64,000 nt of DNA from Ostreococcus lucimarinus (Eukaryota), in assembly GCA_000092065.1 (NCBI GenBank), contig CP000596.1. The stretch is one strand, 5' to 3'. The translations under genes were made by a program, and so were the position numbers. Below are positions 50,847 to 60,315 of the stretch, in pieces (within the stretch, counting starts at the first letter, position 1; the number at the start of each line of letters is the position of its first letter). Below the pieces are notes generated by a model. The model saw nothing but the letters and a program-made list of their open reading frames with translations. It ran no database searches and had not been told where the DNA came from.

Positions 50847-51869
50847 TCACGAGTCGGCCTCCAAGGGCGCCGGCGCGGGCAAAGTTCCTTCGCGATCGAT
50901 GAATGGACGAATCTTCGGCGGCGCTCGCGCGGGCTTGGGCAAGCCGCGCGGAAATTTCTCCGGCTGCAACAACGCGCGCAACCCGAGGCGATTGTAATGC
51001 ACTCGCGTCACGCTCCCGCCCGCGCGTTCGATGATTTCCTTCGCCTTGGCGCTCGCGCGCGACACCTCCAATCGCACCTTTATGAACGCATCATCCGCGC
51101 CCTCGGCGTCGTCTCCGAGCGCGCCCGCTAAAATTTTCACCCCATGCTTAATTTTCCTGTTCGACAACCCCGCGTCGACGAAATCCTTCATCGTCAACAC
51201 GCGCGGATTTTCGTAGTCGTACTCCCCGAATCGTCCCGCCTCGACGTGCGCTCGCAGCGCGTTCAAATTCACCACATCAAACGTCATCGCGTGCGGATTA
51301 TGCGCGCCGCGTTTCGGCAGCGTCAATCGCAGCGGCGTTTGTCCGCCCTCAAACCCGAGCCTCGGCCCCCCTCCGCTTCGCGCCTTCTGTCCCTTGTGCC
51401 CTCGCCCGCTCGTCTTCCCCTTCCCGCTCCCGACGCCTCGCCCCACGCGTTTACGATTTTTCCTCGCCCCGTCCACGTCTCGCAGCGCGTTCAGCGCCAG
51501 CACGCCCCCGGTGTCGTGTTCGATCACAGTTCCCGGTCCCCGGACGACGCCCACGTCCGCGGCGTCGTAGAAATCAAATCCTCGCGTCTCGTCGTCCCGC
51601 GGCGGCGCCGCGCCGCCCTCGGCGAACCCTCGCGCGCGCGTCGGCGTCGTCGCCGCGCGCGTCGATCGCGCGCCGCGGTCGCGCGAACCATCGCGCGAAT
51701 ACCGCGTCGCCGTCGTCGCGTTCGACGACGCCGCGCGGTGCGTCGCGCGGTGCGTCGCGTCGTCGACGCGCGCCGTCGTCGTCGTCGTCGTCGTCGTCGT
51801 CTCGCGCGCGATCGACGCGCGCGCGACGCGCGACGCCGCGAGCGCGCGTCGCGTCGTCGCGCGAAGCAT
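50847..51869 (-). CDS. Organellar (bacterial-type) ribosomal protein uL15 with a long presequence/extension
   Basis: [26 protein letters not shown]...[17 protein letters not shown] is the uL15 signature. The start is placed at the internal Met at 51869 to avoid overlap with the divergent DUF819 gene. Confidence 0.65.
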   Translation of the reverse strand: MLRATTRRALAASRVARASIARETTTTTTTTTARVDDATHRATHRAASSNATTATRYSRDGSRDRGARSTRAATTPTRARGFAEGGAAPPRDDETRGFDFYDAADVGVVRGPGTVIEHDTGGVLALNALRDVDGARKNRKRVGRGVGSGKGKTSGRGHKGQKARSGGGPRLGFEGGQTPLRLTLPKRGAHNPHAMTFDVVNLNALRAHVEAGRFGEYDYENPRVLTMKDFVDAGLSNRKIKHGVKILAGALGDDAEGADDAFIKVRLEVSRASAKAKEIIERAGGSVTRVHYNRLGLRALLQPEKFPRGLPKPARAPPKIRPFIDREGTLPAPAPLEADS

Positions 51870-51972
51870 CGTCGTCGAGCGCGACGCGCGCGCCGTTCGT
51901 CGCGCGTCGCCCGGCGCGCGTCGTCGAGTGGCGCCGACGTCGCGGCGCGTCACATCGCGGCGTCGCGGCGTC

Positions 51973-53268
51973 ATGGCGACGGCGCCGCGCGCGCGTCTCG
52001 CCGCGCGCGTCGATCGCGCGACGACGCGTCGCGCGGTGACGCCGCGACGTCGGCGACGCGCGCCGCGGCGTCGCGCGCGCGCGCTCGCGCCCGCGGCGTC
52101 GGCGTTCGCCGTGCCGTTCGCCGTGCTCGCGGCGGCGTCGCTCGGACGCGTCGTCGCGTCGCGAACGCGCGTCGGACGCGCGGCGACCGCGCCCGTGTGC
52201 GCGATGGCGTTCGGCGCCGCGTTCGCCGCGATCGGCGCGCTGCCGAGCGACGGCGCGCGCGGCGTCGCGGAGGCGCAAAAGATGTGCGCGTTCGCCGCGA
52301 CGCCGATGACGCTCCTGCGAGCGAACGCGCGCGCGGGAGGGACGAGAAGAAGGACGCGCGCGATGGCGCGAGCGTTCGTCGTCGCGGCGATCGGGAGCGC
52401 TTTCGGCGCGGTGTTCGGGGCGCGCGGCGCGAGCGCGGCGTTCGGGGGGGCGTTTAGTTGGAAACTCGCCGCGGCGCTGGCGGCGAAAAACGTCGGCGGT
52501 GGATTGAATTACGTCGCCGTGGCGACGACGCTGGGGATGGATGGCGAAGAATTCGTCGCGGGACTGTGCGTCGATAACGCGATGGCGCTGGCGTACTTTC
52601 CGTTCATTTCGTGGTTGGCGCGACGCGAGGGCGAGCGAGGAAGCGGCGACGCGGCGGACGACGAGGACGACGCCGAGCGCGAGCGCGAGGCGACGACGGA
52701 GCGCGAGGCCGAGGACGCGGACGGCGCGGCGGCGCGCTCGGGCGCGGACGACGCGTTGTCGGCGTTCTTCGTCGCCGTCGGCTTCCTCGCCGCGGGCGAG
52801 CTCGTCGCTCGCCTCGTGGGCCAACCCGACGCCGTGCTCCCGATGGCGACGGTTTTCACCGTCGTTTTCGCGACTTTGGCGCCGAAACGCGCGGCGTCGC
52901 TCGCCGTCGCCGCGGAACCGCTCGCGAACGCGATGCTCTTCGTGTTCTTCGTCGCCGCCGGCGCCGCGGGCGGCGTTTTGAGCGCTTCCACGTTTGCGCG
53001 ATACGCCAACGTCTTCGTCTTCTCATTCATCCTGTACGCCGTCCATCTCGCCTTTGTATTCGTCGGCATTCGCGTCGACGCCGATCGCCGTCGCGAGTAC
53101 GTCCTCGCGAGCAACGCCAGCATCGGCGGTCCCGCCACCGTGGCTTCGCTCGCCGACGCCGTCGGTTGGCGTTCGTTACGCGCGCCGGCAGTTTTAATCG
53201 CCACGCTCGCGAATTCCATCGCGACATTTCTAGGCTTAGCGCTCGCCGCAGTCCTTCGTAGTTCGTAG
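51973..53268 (+). CDS. DUF819-family polytopic membrane protein (probable plastid envelope)
   Basis: About 10 TM segments and the [15 protein letters not shown] motif typical of DUF819/YjcL. The N-terminus is transit-peptide-like. Confidence 0.55.
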   Translation: MATAPRARLAARVDRATTRRAVTPRRRRRAPRRRARALAPAASAFAVPFAVLAAASLGRVVASRTRVGRAATAPVCAMAFGAAFAAIGALPSDGARGVAEAQKMCAFAATPMTLLRANARAGGTRRRTRAMARAFVVAAIGSAFGAVFGARGASAAFGGAFSWKLAAALAAKNVGGGLNYVAVATTLGMDGEEFVAGLCVDNAMALAYFPFISWLARREGERGSGDAADDEDDAEREREATTEREAEDADGAAARSGADDALSAFFVAVGFLAAGELVARLVGQPDAVLPMATVFTVVFATLAPKRAASLAVAAEPLANAMLFVFFVAAGAAGGVLSASTFARYANVFVFSFILYAVHLAFVFVGIRVDADRRREYVLASNASIGGPATVASLADAVGWRSLRAPAVLIATLANSIATFLGLALAAVLRSS

Positions 53269-53411
53269 TCCGTAGTCGCCGTAGTCCTTTTTTCCCGCAA
53301 TATCCACAAATTCCACAGGTGCGGGCACAATTTTCTCCGTCTCAGAAATGTTTGCGAGGACGTCCAGTCACCACCGCCACGCCCCGCCATCGTCACTCGG
53401 CGTCGCGCGCC

Positions 53412-53880
53412 ATGGACTCTCCCGCGCGCGCGAACGCGTACGGGAACACCGGGATGGAGACCGAAGTGAGACAGTTAAAGGTACGGCGCGAACGCGACGC
53501 GACGCGACGCGACGCGACGCGACACGACGACGACGATCGCGACGAAGACGTCGAAATCAAAATCGAAATCAAATCGCGCACTGACGCCGAAACATCGCCG
53601 ACTCGCGTCCGCGCAGGATCATCAACAAACGCGCGAAGAGTTGCTCAATCGCGTGCACGCGCTGAAGACAGAACTTCAGGATTGGCGGTATAAGATGGAT
53701 AATCAGGTGAAGAATTACAAGGGCGAGTTGGCGAGTCTCAAGGAGACGTTGTCGAGCGAAGTGCAAGCGCTGAGGAAAGAATTAGAAGAGACGAGCGATC
53801 GGTTGAAGCGGTCGATCGTGAGCACAAGTAGCGTGAGTACCGGACATTCACCGGGATTGCATCGATTACCGCCGCCGTGA
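53412..53880 (+). CDS. Small coiled-coil protein (~110 aa), two exons join(53412..53480,53617..53880); function unknown
   Basis: Exon 1 MDSPARANAYGNTGMETEVRQLK ends at donor GTACGG. The 136-nt intron contains (GACGC)5. The acceptor CCGCGCAG is followed by DHQQTREELLNRVHALKTELQDWRYKMDNQVKNYKGELASLK.... Confidence 0.45.
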
Positions 53881-54006
53881 GCGCGCGGCGCCGGCGGAGC
53901 GCAAGTCGCGCGTTTGTATTATCATCGACAGATGTGTTAGTTTTCGGAGAGTTGAAGTTTTTTTTGGCCGAGTCAACGCGAGGATGGAACGGCAGAGGGC
54001 GACGCG

Positions 54007-54321
54007 ATGGCGGTGGCGCAACGAGTGTCGGTGGACGAAGCGCTGAAACGCGTCGTGTCGCACGCAGATGTGGTCGGCGCGGGTATCATGACGTCGCGCG
54101 GCGCGCTCGTCGAGCGGCGCGGCGCCTTCTCCGACGCGGACGCGCGCACGAGTTGCCGCCTAGTCGCAGTCGCGTCGCACGCGATCATCTCAGGAAGCGG
54201 TGGCGGTATCGATGATAATGACGATGGGATCGAGATGGTTCGCGCGCGGCGAGGCGCGTGCGAGCTCGTCGTCGCGAGGTGCGGCGGCGTCGTCATCGCC
54301 GCGCGAGCGGCGTCCACGTGA
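54007..54321 (+). CDS. Roadblock/LC7/MglB-fold small protein (dynein light chain roadblock-type or LAMTOR-like)
   Basis: The 104-aa ORF MAVAQRVSVDEALKRVVSHADVVGAGIMTSRGALVERRGAF... fits the roadblock α-β-α pattern. Assignment is by pattern only. Confidence 0.4.
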   Translation: MAVAQRVSVDEALKRVVSHADVVGAGIMTSRGALVERRGAFSDADARTSCRLVAVASHAIISGSGGGIDDNDDGIEMVRARRGACELVVARCGGVVIAARAAST

Positions 54322-54344
54322 CATCACAACGCGACTCGCTCCAC

Positions 54345-54920
54345 ATGATATCACTCACGTGCAAGCATCACAAACCGCACTCGCAACAATCGCAACGCCA
54401 CCGACGCTCGAAAAGCCATCGATCGCGCACTTCGCGGGCGTCGTCGTCCACCCCTGGACCGACGCCCCACAGCGACGCAACGTCTTCCGGCGAGCACTTC
54501 GGCGCGTTGAGTCACGACGAACGCGTCAGCATCTTGGGCGAAGCCATCATCGATTCTGGCGCGCTCGTGTTCACGAAGAGTCACAGTGGAAGGTACACGT
54601 GCGTTGACAATGCGTTTCTCAAAGCGTTTGGGTTCGAAAAGTCCGAAGATGTCGTCGGACTCACCGACGACGAGGTGATCGAGAAGATTCTTGCGAGCGG
54701 GAAAACATTTCACCACTCGTACCGAGGCGAGTCGGTGACCGATCTTCCGCGAATTTGGAAAGAGAACGACGATCTCGTGCAGCACAACAACCGAACGATG
54801 TGGTTCAAGGAGCGCGCGTTGTTGAGCGGTGGCGAAGACACCAAGCTTCACGAATTTGTCGTGATGAAATCGCCCTTCGCGGGTGGAGTCCTCGGCGTCG
54901 CGGTGCCCGCTGGAATTTGA
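54345..54920 (+). CDS. Small PAS-domain-like protein with a His/Ser/Arg-rich N-terminal linker
   Basis: ...ERVSILGEAIIDSGALVFTKSHSGRYTCVDNAFLKAFGFEKSEDVVGLTDDEVI... resembles a PAS fold. It starts 24 bp after the roadblock ORF stop, in a different frame. Confidence 0.4.
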   Translation: MISLTCKHHKPHSQQSQRHRRSKSHRSRTSRASSSTPGPTPHSDATSSGEHFGALSHDERVSILGEAIIDSGALVFTKSHSGRYTCVDNAFLKAFGFEKSEDVVGLTDDEVIEKILASGKTFHHSYRGESVTDLPRIWKENDDLVQHNNRTMWFKERALLSGGEDTKLHEFVVMKSPFAGGVLGVAVPAGI

Positions 54921-54942
54921 TAGACGACGCGCCGCCGATCTC

Positions 54943-55026
54943 GATCAAGACCACAATGACTTAGACCAAGACCACGATGATTTAGACCAAGACCACAATG
55001 ACTTAGACCAAGACCACGATGATTTA
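54943..55026. repeat. Tandem 21-bp repeat ×4 (two alternating variants GA[T/C]CAAGACCAC[A/G]ATGA[C/T]TTA) just downstream of the PAS ORF
   Basis: Read directly from the sequence. If translated it would encode DLDQDH(N/D)D repeats. Confidence 0.8.
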
Positions 55027-55219
55027 GCGTTCTTCGATGCGCGCGCGCTCTTGTTAGAATTACTTTCTTTACCTAATCTATTGTTTCATCACGCGCTTCT
55101 TCCCGTCCCGCGTTTCGACTAACGCGAAATGGGAAATAACCAAAGTTTTATCGCTCGCATAAGGATCGACGGGTCTTCCCTGTGTCTCCACCGCTGTCCT
55201 GGCGACTGTCGCCAACAAT

Positions 55220-55801
55220 CTAGTCCCCGCGAATCGCGCGCACGCTCGCCTCAAGCGCGTACAACTCTTCGTCTTCGATACCTAACCCCCGCAAAGCCTC
55301 GCACAGGTTGTATAAATATTCGGAATTTTCTCCAGACGGACCGCGCGCTGCAGCGATTTGCTCGGCTACATCGCTCGCGTCTCCGAGCCAGTTCAAGTTA
55401 GTCGTCGCCGGCGTCGCGATATACGTTACCGCGTTTCTTATCACCGGCACCGCGTTCGCGTCATCGACGTCGTATAAATCCATCTCAATCCTCTCGTCGT
55501 ACTGTTTTTCTCGTATTTCCAGGTTCTCCAGCACCGCCTCTCGGTCCTCTGCGCGAACTTCGTACGCGACGCCCCAGCACGCGACGTCCTCCGAGCAACG
55601 CTCTAACGTCGCCGTGCGCCCGGGCGCCGCGGGCGTTCCTCGATGGTCGGTGCTTCCTTGATAAAACCGTCGCCGAAACCCTCGCGCGCACACGGGCGCG
55701 ATCGAGCGCGCGTACTCGAAGCCCGTGCGCCACACTATCGAACCGTATCCGAAGACCCATAACGATTCGTTCGCGCGCGTCGACAGCGGCGCGCGAGGCA
55801 T
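55220..55801 (-). CDS. CHAC: ChaC-type glutathione-specific γ-glutamylcyclotransferase
   Basis: MPRAPLSTRANESLWVFGYGSIVWRTGFEY...FYQGSTDHRGTPAAPGRTATL...WGVAYEV matches ChaC/GGCT. This is the C-terminal 193 codons of ORF 55220..56905. The upstream part of that ORF is antisense to RpiA. Confidence 0.75.
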   Translation of the reverse strand: MPRAPLSTRANESLWVFGYGSIVWRTGFEYARSIAPVCARGFRRRFYQGSTDHRGTPAAPGRTATLERCSEDVACWGVAYEVRAEDREAVLENLEIREKQYDERIEMDLYDVDDANAVPVIRNAVTYIATPATTNLNWLGDASDVAEQIAAARGPSGENSEYLYNLCEALRGLGIEDEELYALEASVRAIRGD

Positions 55802-55961
55802 GATGCCCACGTCGTGGTCTCGCGGCACGCGTTTCGCGCTCGAGCTCGCGCTGGCGACAGATCGGGCGCGATGCGCGTTCGACGCGCGCATCGCGAGCGA
55901 AGAAGCGAGGCGAACACTGGCGCGGCAGACGACGACGCGTCGACGCTCGGCCACGCTCGCG

Positions 55962-56978
55962 ATGGCGCGCGCGACGGCGACGGCGCGCGCGACGGCGACG
56001 CGGAACGGCGCGCCGCGCGTCGTCGCGCGCGCGCGAGCGACGGCGCGCGCGGGCGCGGTGACGCGGCGCGCGAACGACGCTCGGGCGGCGAGGGCGGCGA
56101 CGCTGAGGACGCGCGCGCGACGCGAGCGAACGCGCGCGCGCGCGAGCGACGCGCGCGTGGATGAATCCGACGATAGCTTCGCGTCCGCGAGCCTGTCGGC
56201 GGCGATCGCGCAGCGGGCGCTGATGATGATCGAATCCAACGCCGTCGTGGGGTTGTCGCGGGGCGAACACGCGAGCGAGCTGGCGCGACGGTTGGCGGAG
56301 GCGCTGGAAAGCGGTGCGCTGGAGAACGTGAAAGTGGTGGCGCTCGAACCGTTGGCGGCGAAGGAATGCGCGGTGAACGGGCTAGAGATGCGATCGATCG
56401 ATGAGGTGCGAGCGATCGACGTGACGTTCGCGCAGCCGAGCGAGTGCGCGGTGGTGGTGACGAACGGGCAGAAATCCATCGCGAGCGTGTTCGGACGAGA
56501 GACGACGCCGGTACAACCAGATATCGAACGCGCGAAGGCGGCAATGAAAAAGAGCGTCAAGGTGGTGCTGTTGAAGGAGCTTTTCGTGGATAAGATTGGC
56601 GGGTCCATCCCCATCGTTGTCGAGGCGGAAAATTGGGAAGAACACGCGGAGGAGTTGGATGATTTATTTTTGGGCGACGCCGAGGTGTGGAGGCGAGGTG
56701 CGACGTTTGACGCGAACCCAAGAGGAGGGAAGAACCCGTACGTCAGCGCCGACGGCTCGCACACGCTGTTAGACTTGCGATTTGAAGATCCCATCAACAG
56801 CGGTCGCTGGGAGTGCGGTTTGATGCTCGACGGCAAACCGTGCGGGCCGTACGAGTTACAATACGCGTTGGAAAACGATGTCGAAGGCGTGTTGGCGCAT
56901 GGCATCTACACCCAAGCCGATGTCGTGATAACGTTGAATCCGGACACGTTAGAAGCGGTGACGATCGAACGCGATTAA
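55962..56978 (+). CDS. RPI: Ribose-5-phosphate isomerase A-like protein with a plastid-type presequence
   Basis: The RpiA-like core (SNAVVGLSRGEHASE...IDVTFAQPSE...ELFVDKIGGSIPIVVEA...PYVSADGSHTLLDLRF) is present. The start is placed at the Met at 55962. An alternative ATG at 55800 would overlap the ChaC ATG by one base on the opposite strand. Confidence 0.55.
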   Translation: MARATATARATATRNGAPRVVARARATARAGAVTRRANDARAARAATLRTRARRERTRARASDARVDESDDSFASASLSAAIAQRALMMIESNAVVGLSRGEHASELARRLAEALESGALENVKVVALEPLAAKECAVNGLEMRSIDEVRAIDVTFAQPSECAVVVTNGQKSIASVFGRETTPVQPDIERAKAAMKKSVKVVLLKELFVDKIGGSIPIVVEAENWEEHAEELDDLFLGDAEVWRRGATFDANPRGGKNPYVSADGSHTLLDLRFEDPINSGRWECGLMLDGKPCGPYELQYALENDVEGVLAHGIYTQADVVITLNPDTLEAVTIERD

Positions 56979-57076
56979 CGCTTTAGACACTAGACGCCGA
57001 ATAATTTGACTGCATTCATTCATCAAATCGCTATTACTAAGCTAGCTAACGCAACGCATTTTCATCGATGCGCTGT

Positions 57077-59338
57077 TCAATCTCTCGCCAATACCTCGTC
57101 GCAATACGTCGAGAACATCTGAGTCTCCGCAAACGCTCGCATGAACGATCTGTCTTGGCCTTGAAACGTGGCGAGGAACGAATCCTTGAGCAAAATTGTC
57201 ACCTTTCCTTCGCCTCCTTCGTTCACGTCTGTGATGGAATGATAACGTATGCTCGCGACGAGCGAGTTTAAATACGCACGCCACGCGTTGAGGAACTCGC
57301 GCGCCGCGTTGATCGCCTCTTGAGACGGGTCGATGACTGGTCGCTTCTTGTGATTGACGGACGCCTCCACGATGGCTTCGTGAAGGGGGTGAAGATTGCG
57401 CACGAGATCCTTCATTCTCGGCAAACGCAACGGCTTACCCTCCCACTGTACCTTTACGTCGTCTTTGTACACGTTGATTCGAGTCAGATGATTCGTTCTG
57501 TTACGCAAATCGCTCGTTTTGTGCTGAACGCCGCACACAAACGGCACCGGCGCGTCGAGAAAATCAACCATGTGTTGCGGCAAGATTGGCAGAAAGAGCG
57601 ACTGCCACCCGAATGGACGAAGCATTGGAATGAGCGCAAGAGAAACAGCGCTCAACTCGCCCAAGTTGTTACTAAACACCACGACTTGCTTTTCGAGCAA
57701 GACCGCGGTGAGAAGAGAGATGACATTTTCCAAACTCAAACTGCAGCACAAGCTCACGACGGCCCATCCCTGAAGGTGAAATGCTTCTTCGGCTGGAGAT
57801 ATTCGCGCACTCTCCGGTAAGCCGACGATATTCGTATCTAACTGCGATGAAGCGCGCTCGGAAGGCACCGGTCGTCGAAATCGAATCGGTTTCACGCCGA
57901 CGCTCGGAACGAACTCGCCGCTCGCGTCGCCCAAATCCGGGACGCGACACTGACTGTAATTTTCTAAAATTTTCATCGCTTCGTTCCCATCGCTTGATGA
58001 CGGTGGTGATCGCACCCACTGGTCGCCATCGTTTCCTTCGTCGTCTGGCATCAAGTCGTGCATGTTCTGTTTGATTCGTTCGACCCGTTCCATGCCCAGG
58101 ACGTGCGACAACACCTCGTAGTGCGTTTCAAAAAACGGCACCTTGCTCAAGATACAGTAACATCGCGGCGCGACTTCGATGTAGCGATGCTTCAAAGGTC
58201 GCGCCTCTCGTGAAGGCGAATCTTTCGCGCCGTACGCATCCACCGCCGGCGCTCCCCGAAGATGCTGCACGATGGGCGGCGGTTGATGTAAGACTTCTGT
58301 GACGTACGCGCACACTCCGTACATGGGCGTGTTGTCGCTGGTTTGGACTTGAAAAACGAAAACCTGATCGTCGCCGTCGGTGTACGTCGTGCCGCACATG
58401 ATTTCTTGCAACTTGCTCATACTCGGCGTGCGTTCGAGCAAACGCGGCTCGACGCCGTGCGGGAAACAAAACGCCGCCACTTCGTCCACGGCGAAATTCG
58501 GCGACGCTTCGCCGCCAGGATAATGAAACAACACCGATGCTTTGTACGTTTCCCCAGCTGTACCTCGATACGCGCGCAGTTTGCGCGGATCGGTGATGGC
58601 GACGTCATCTGCCACACCGCTCGATCGCGCCTCTCGCGCCGCCGAAGCCGAGTCCGCCACCACGCGCACCTCCGCGCTCGGCTCCAATCCGCACACTAAA
58701 AACGCCTCCATCGTTTTCAACTTTTCCGGCACCCCACTCGCGGGCGTTCCCGACACACTCAACTTCCCCATCACGTCTAAATCTGCGCTCGAGCTCGCCG
58801 CGCGCTGGTCGCGCAACCACCGCCGTTTCTCCGCGGTCAGCTGTTCGGGATTGAACCACGCCGCGTGCGTGACGAACGCGTCGGGCGTCGTGTCGACGAA
58901 CTCGTCCTCGTCCTCGTCCTCGTCCGAGGACGACGAGCAAGCCGTACTCATCGCCGTCGGCGTCGCGCGCGACGCGTCGTCCATCACTAAATCATCGCTC
59001 GAACGGTCGCTCGTCGTCGCGTCCGCCTCGCCTCGCGCCGCGGTTCCCGAAAACGTCCGGTGCAGCGCATCGGCGAACCATCCCCCTCGACGCCACGTTG
59101 ATCCTGATTCTGCGTCCGCGGGCGCGCTCTGCGCCCGCGCGAGTCTGCCTTCGACGTCGTCGCTCGTGATTTCTCGCGGCGCATCCTTTGCGTCGAGAGA
59201 CGAGCTCGAGCGGTGATGATTGGCGACTATTTGTATGCCATCGACGACGAGCACGCCGCCCGTCGCGCGCGCGCGCGCGGCGTTCGCGTCGAACGCGTCG
59301 CGCGCGTCGTCCGCGTCGCCGGACGCGGGCCGCGGCAT
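57077..59338 (-). CDS. DENN-domain protein (uDENN-DENN-dDENN; putative Rab GEF, SCD1/DENND-like)
   Basis: uDENN reads FVFQVQTSDNTPMYGVCAYV. The DENN core reads YCILSKVPFFETHYEVL and AVVSLCCSLSLENVISLLTAVLLEKQVVVFSNNLGELSAVSLALIPMLRPFGWQSLFLPILP. A dDENN-like C-terminus is present. Confidence 0.7.
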   Translation of the reverse strand: MPRPASGDADDARDAFDANAARARATGGVLVVDGIQIVANHHRSSSSLDAKDAPREITSDDVEGRLARAQSAPADAESGSTWRRGGWFADALHRTFSGTAARGEADATTSDRSSDDLVMDDASRATPTAMSTACSSSSDEDEDEDEFVDTTPDAFVTHAAWFNPEQLTAEKRRWLRDQRAASSSADLDVMGKLSVSGTPASGVPEKLKTMEAFLVCGLEPSAEVRVVADSASAAREARSSGVADDVAITDPRKLRAYRGTAGETYKASVLFHYPGGEASPNFAVDEVAAFCFPHGVEPRLLERTPSMSKLQEIMCGTTYTDGDDQVFVFQVQTSDNTPMYGVCAYVTEVLHQPPPIVQHLRGAPAVDAYGAKDSPSREARPLKHRYIEVAPRCYCILSKVPFFETHYEVLSHVLGMERVERIKQNMHDLMPDDEGNDGDQWVRSPPSSSDGNEAMKILENYSQCRVPDLGDASGEFVPSVGVKPIRFRRPVPSERASSQLDTNIVGLPESARISPAEEAFHLQGWAVVSLCCSLSLENVISLLTAVLLEKQVVVFSNNLGELSAVSLALIPMLRPFGWQSLFLPILPQHMVDFLDAPVPFVCGVQHKTSDLRNRTNHLTRINVYKDDVKVQWEGKPLRLPRMKDLVRNLHPLHEAIVEASVNHKKRPVIDPSQEAINAAREFLNAWRAYLNSLVASIRYHSITDVNEGGEGKVTILLKDSFLATFQGQDRSFMRAFAETQMFSTYCDEVLARD

Positions 59339-59487
59339 CGCGCGCGTCCGCGAGTGACGCCGAACGCGAACGCGCGTCGGACATTCGTCGCGGCGACGCG
59401 CGAGGTGACGCGCGCGCGCGCGCGCTCAAACTTTAAATTTTTTCATTCGTATTTCATGTCAACGCGCGTCGCGATGCGGGCGAGAAA

Positions 59488-60113
59488 TCACGCGCTCGCG
59501 TCCGCGGACGGCGCGGCGTCCTTGGCGACGCCCGTGGAACCGAATCCGCCGGCGCCGCGCGCCGTGTCGTCCAAGTCGTCGCATTCGACGACTTCCGGCG
59601 TGAGAATTTGTTCGAGGATCAACTGCGCCACGCGATCGCCCTTCTTCACCTCGAAGTCTTCGTCGCCGTGGTTGAACAAAATCACCCCGACGTTGCCGCG
59701 GTAGTCGTAATCCACCACCCCCGCGCCGACGTCGATGAACTTTTTCCACGCCAAGCCCGATCGCGGGGCGACGCGCGCGTACGTCCCGAGCGGAATCGCG
59801 ATCGACAGGTCTGTCTTCACCAATTCTTTCCCACGCGCCGGCACGACGCAATCGTGCGCGCTGCGACATTCGCGATCGCGTCGTCTCGTCAGTCGCCGAA
59901 AATTCAAATTTCCCTCACCCTTCGCGCGCGCGCGCGTCGGCGTTCCCTTCGTCGCTCGTCCAACGACGCGGGCGGCCTTTCGCCCGCGCGAGACGCGGGA
60001 AAAATCGCGCTTTCGCACCTCGCCAGATCGTATCCCGCCGCGCCTTCGCTCCCTCGCGTCGGCATCGTCGCGTCGTCGCTCAGTCGCTTCACGCGCAGCG
60101 CCGCGGACGCCAT
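59488..60113 (-). CDS. DUT: dUTP pyrophosphatase (dUTPase), complement(join(59488..59860,60019..60113))
   Basis: Exon 1 [31 protein letters not shown] ends in phase 2 at donor AG|GTGCGA. The 158-nt intron spans 59861..60018. The acceptor TGTCGCAG|C gives ...[18 protein letters not shown]... with dUTPase motifs 2-5 ([32 protein letters not shown]). Confidence 0.85.
59861..60018 (-). other. dUTPase intron (158 nt)
   Basis: Donor GTGCGAAAGC and acceptor ...AATGTCGCAG. Splicing produces the YDL(A)S(A)xD spacing conserved in dUTPases. Confidence 0.75.
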
Positions 60114-60315
60114 CGTTCGCGCGCGTTTTCGTTCGTGCGTCGTCGCGCGCGTCGTCGTCGCGCTTCGGCGTGCGAGGCGCGCGAGGATGCGATGCGTCGC
60201 GCGCGTCGTCGCGCGAAGCGGTCGCGTCGCGTCGAGTCGCGTCGCGCGATGGCGACGCCGATCGGTCGTCGCTCGACCGTCCGCACTCGGTCGCGCGACG
60301 CGAGCGACGACGCGG

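Noticed and set aside
55800-55961. Using the first ATG (55800) as the RpiA start
   Set aside because: It would overlap the ChaC start codon on the opposite strand and add ~54 low-complexity residues. The downstream Met at 55962 still leaves a transit-peptide-like extension. This is recorded as an alternative rather than a call.
55802-56905. N-terminal 368 codons of the minus-strand ORF 55220..56905
   Set aside because: It is antisense to the RpiA-like gene. ChaC homology begins at the Met at 55801.
59608-60315. The 5' 236 codons of ORF 59608..62472
   Set aside because: This segment is antisense to dUTPase exon 2 and its intron. COG6 homology starts after the Met at 60316, so the upstream part is treated as non-coding.
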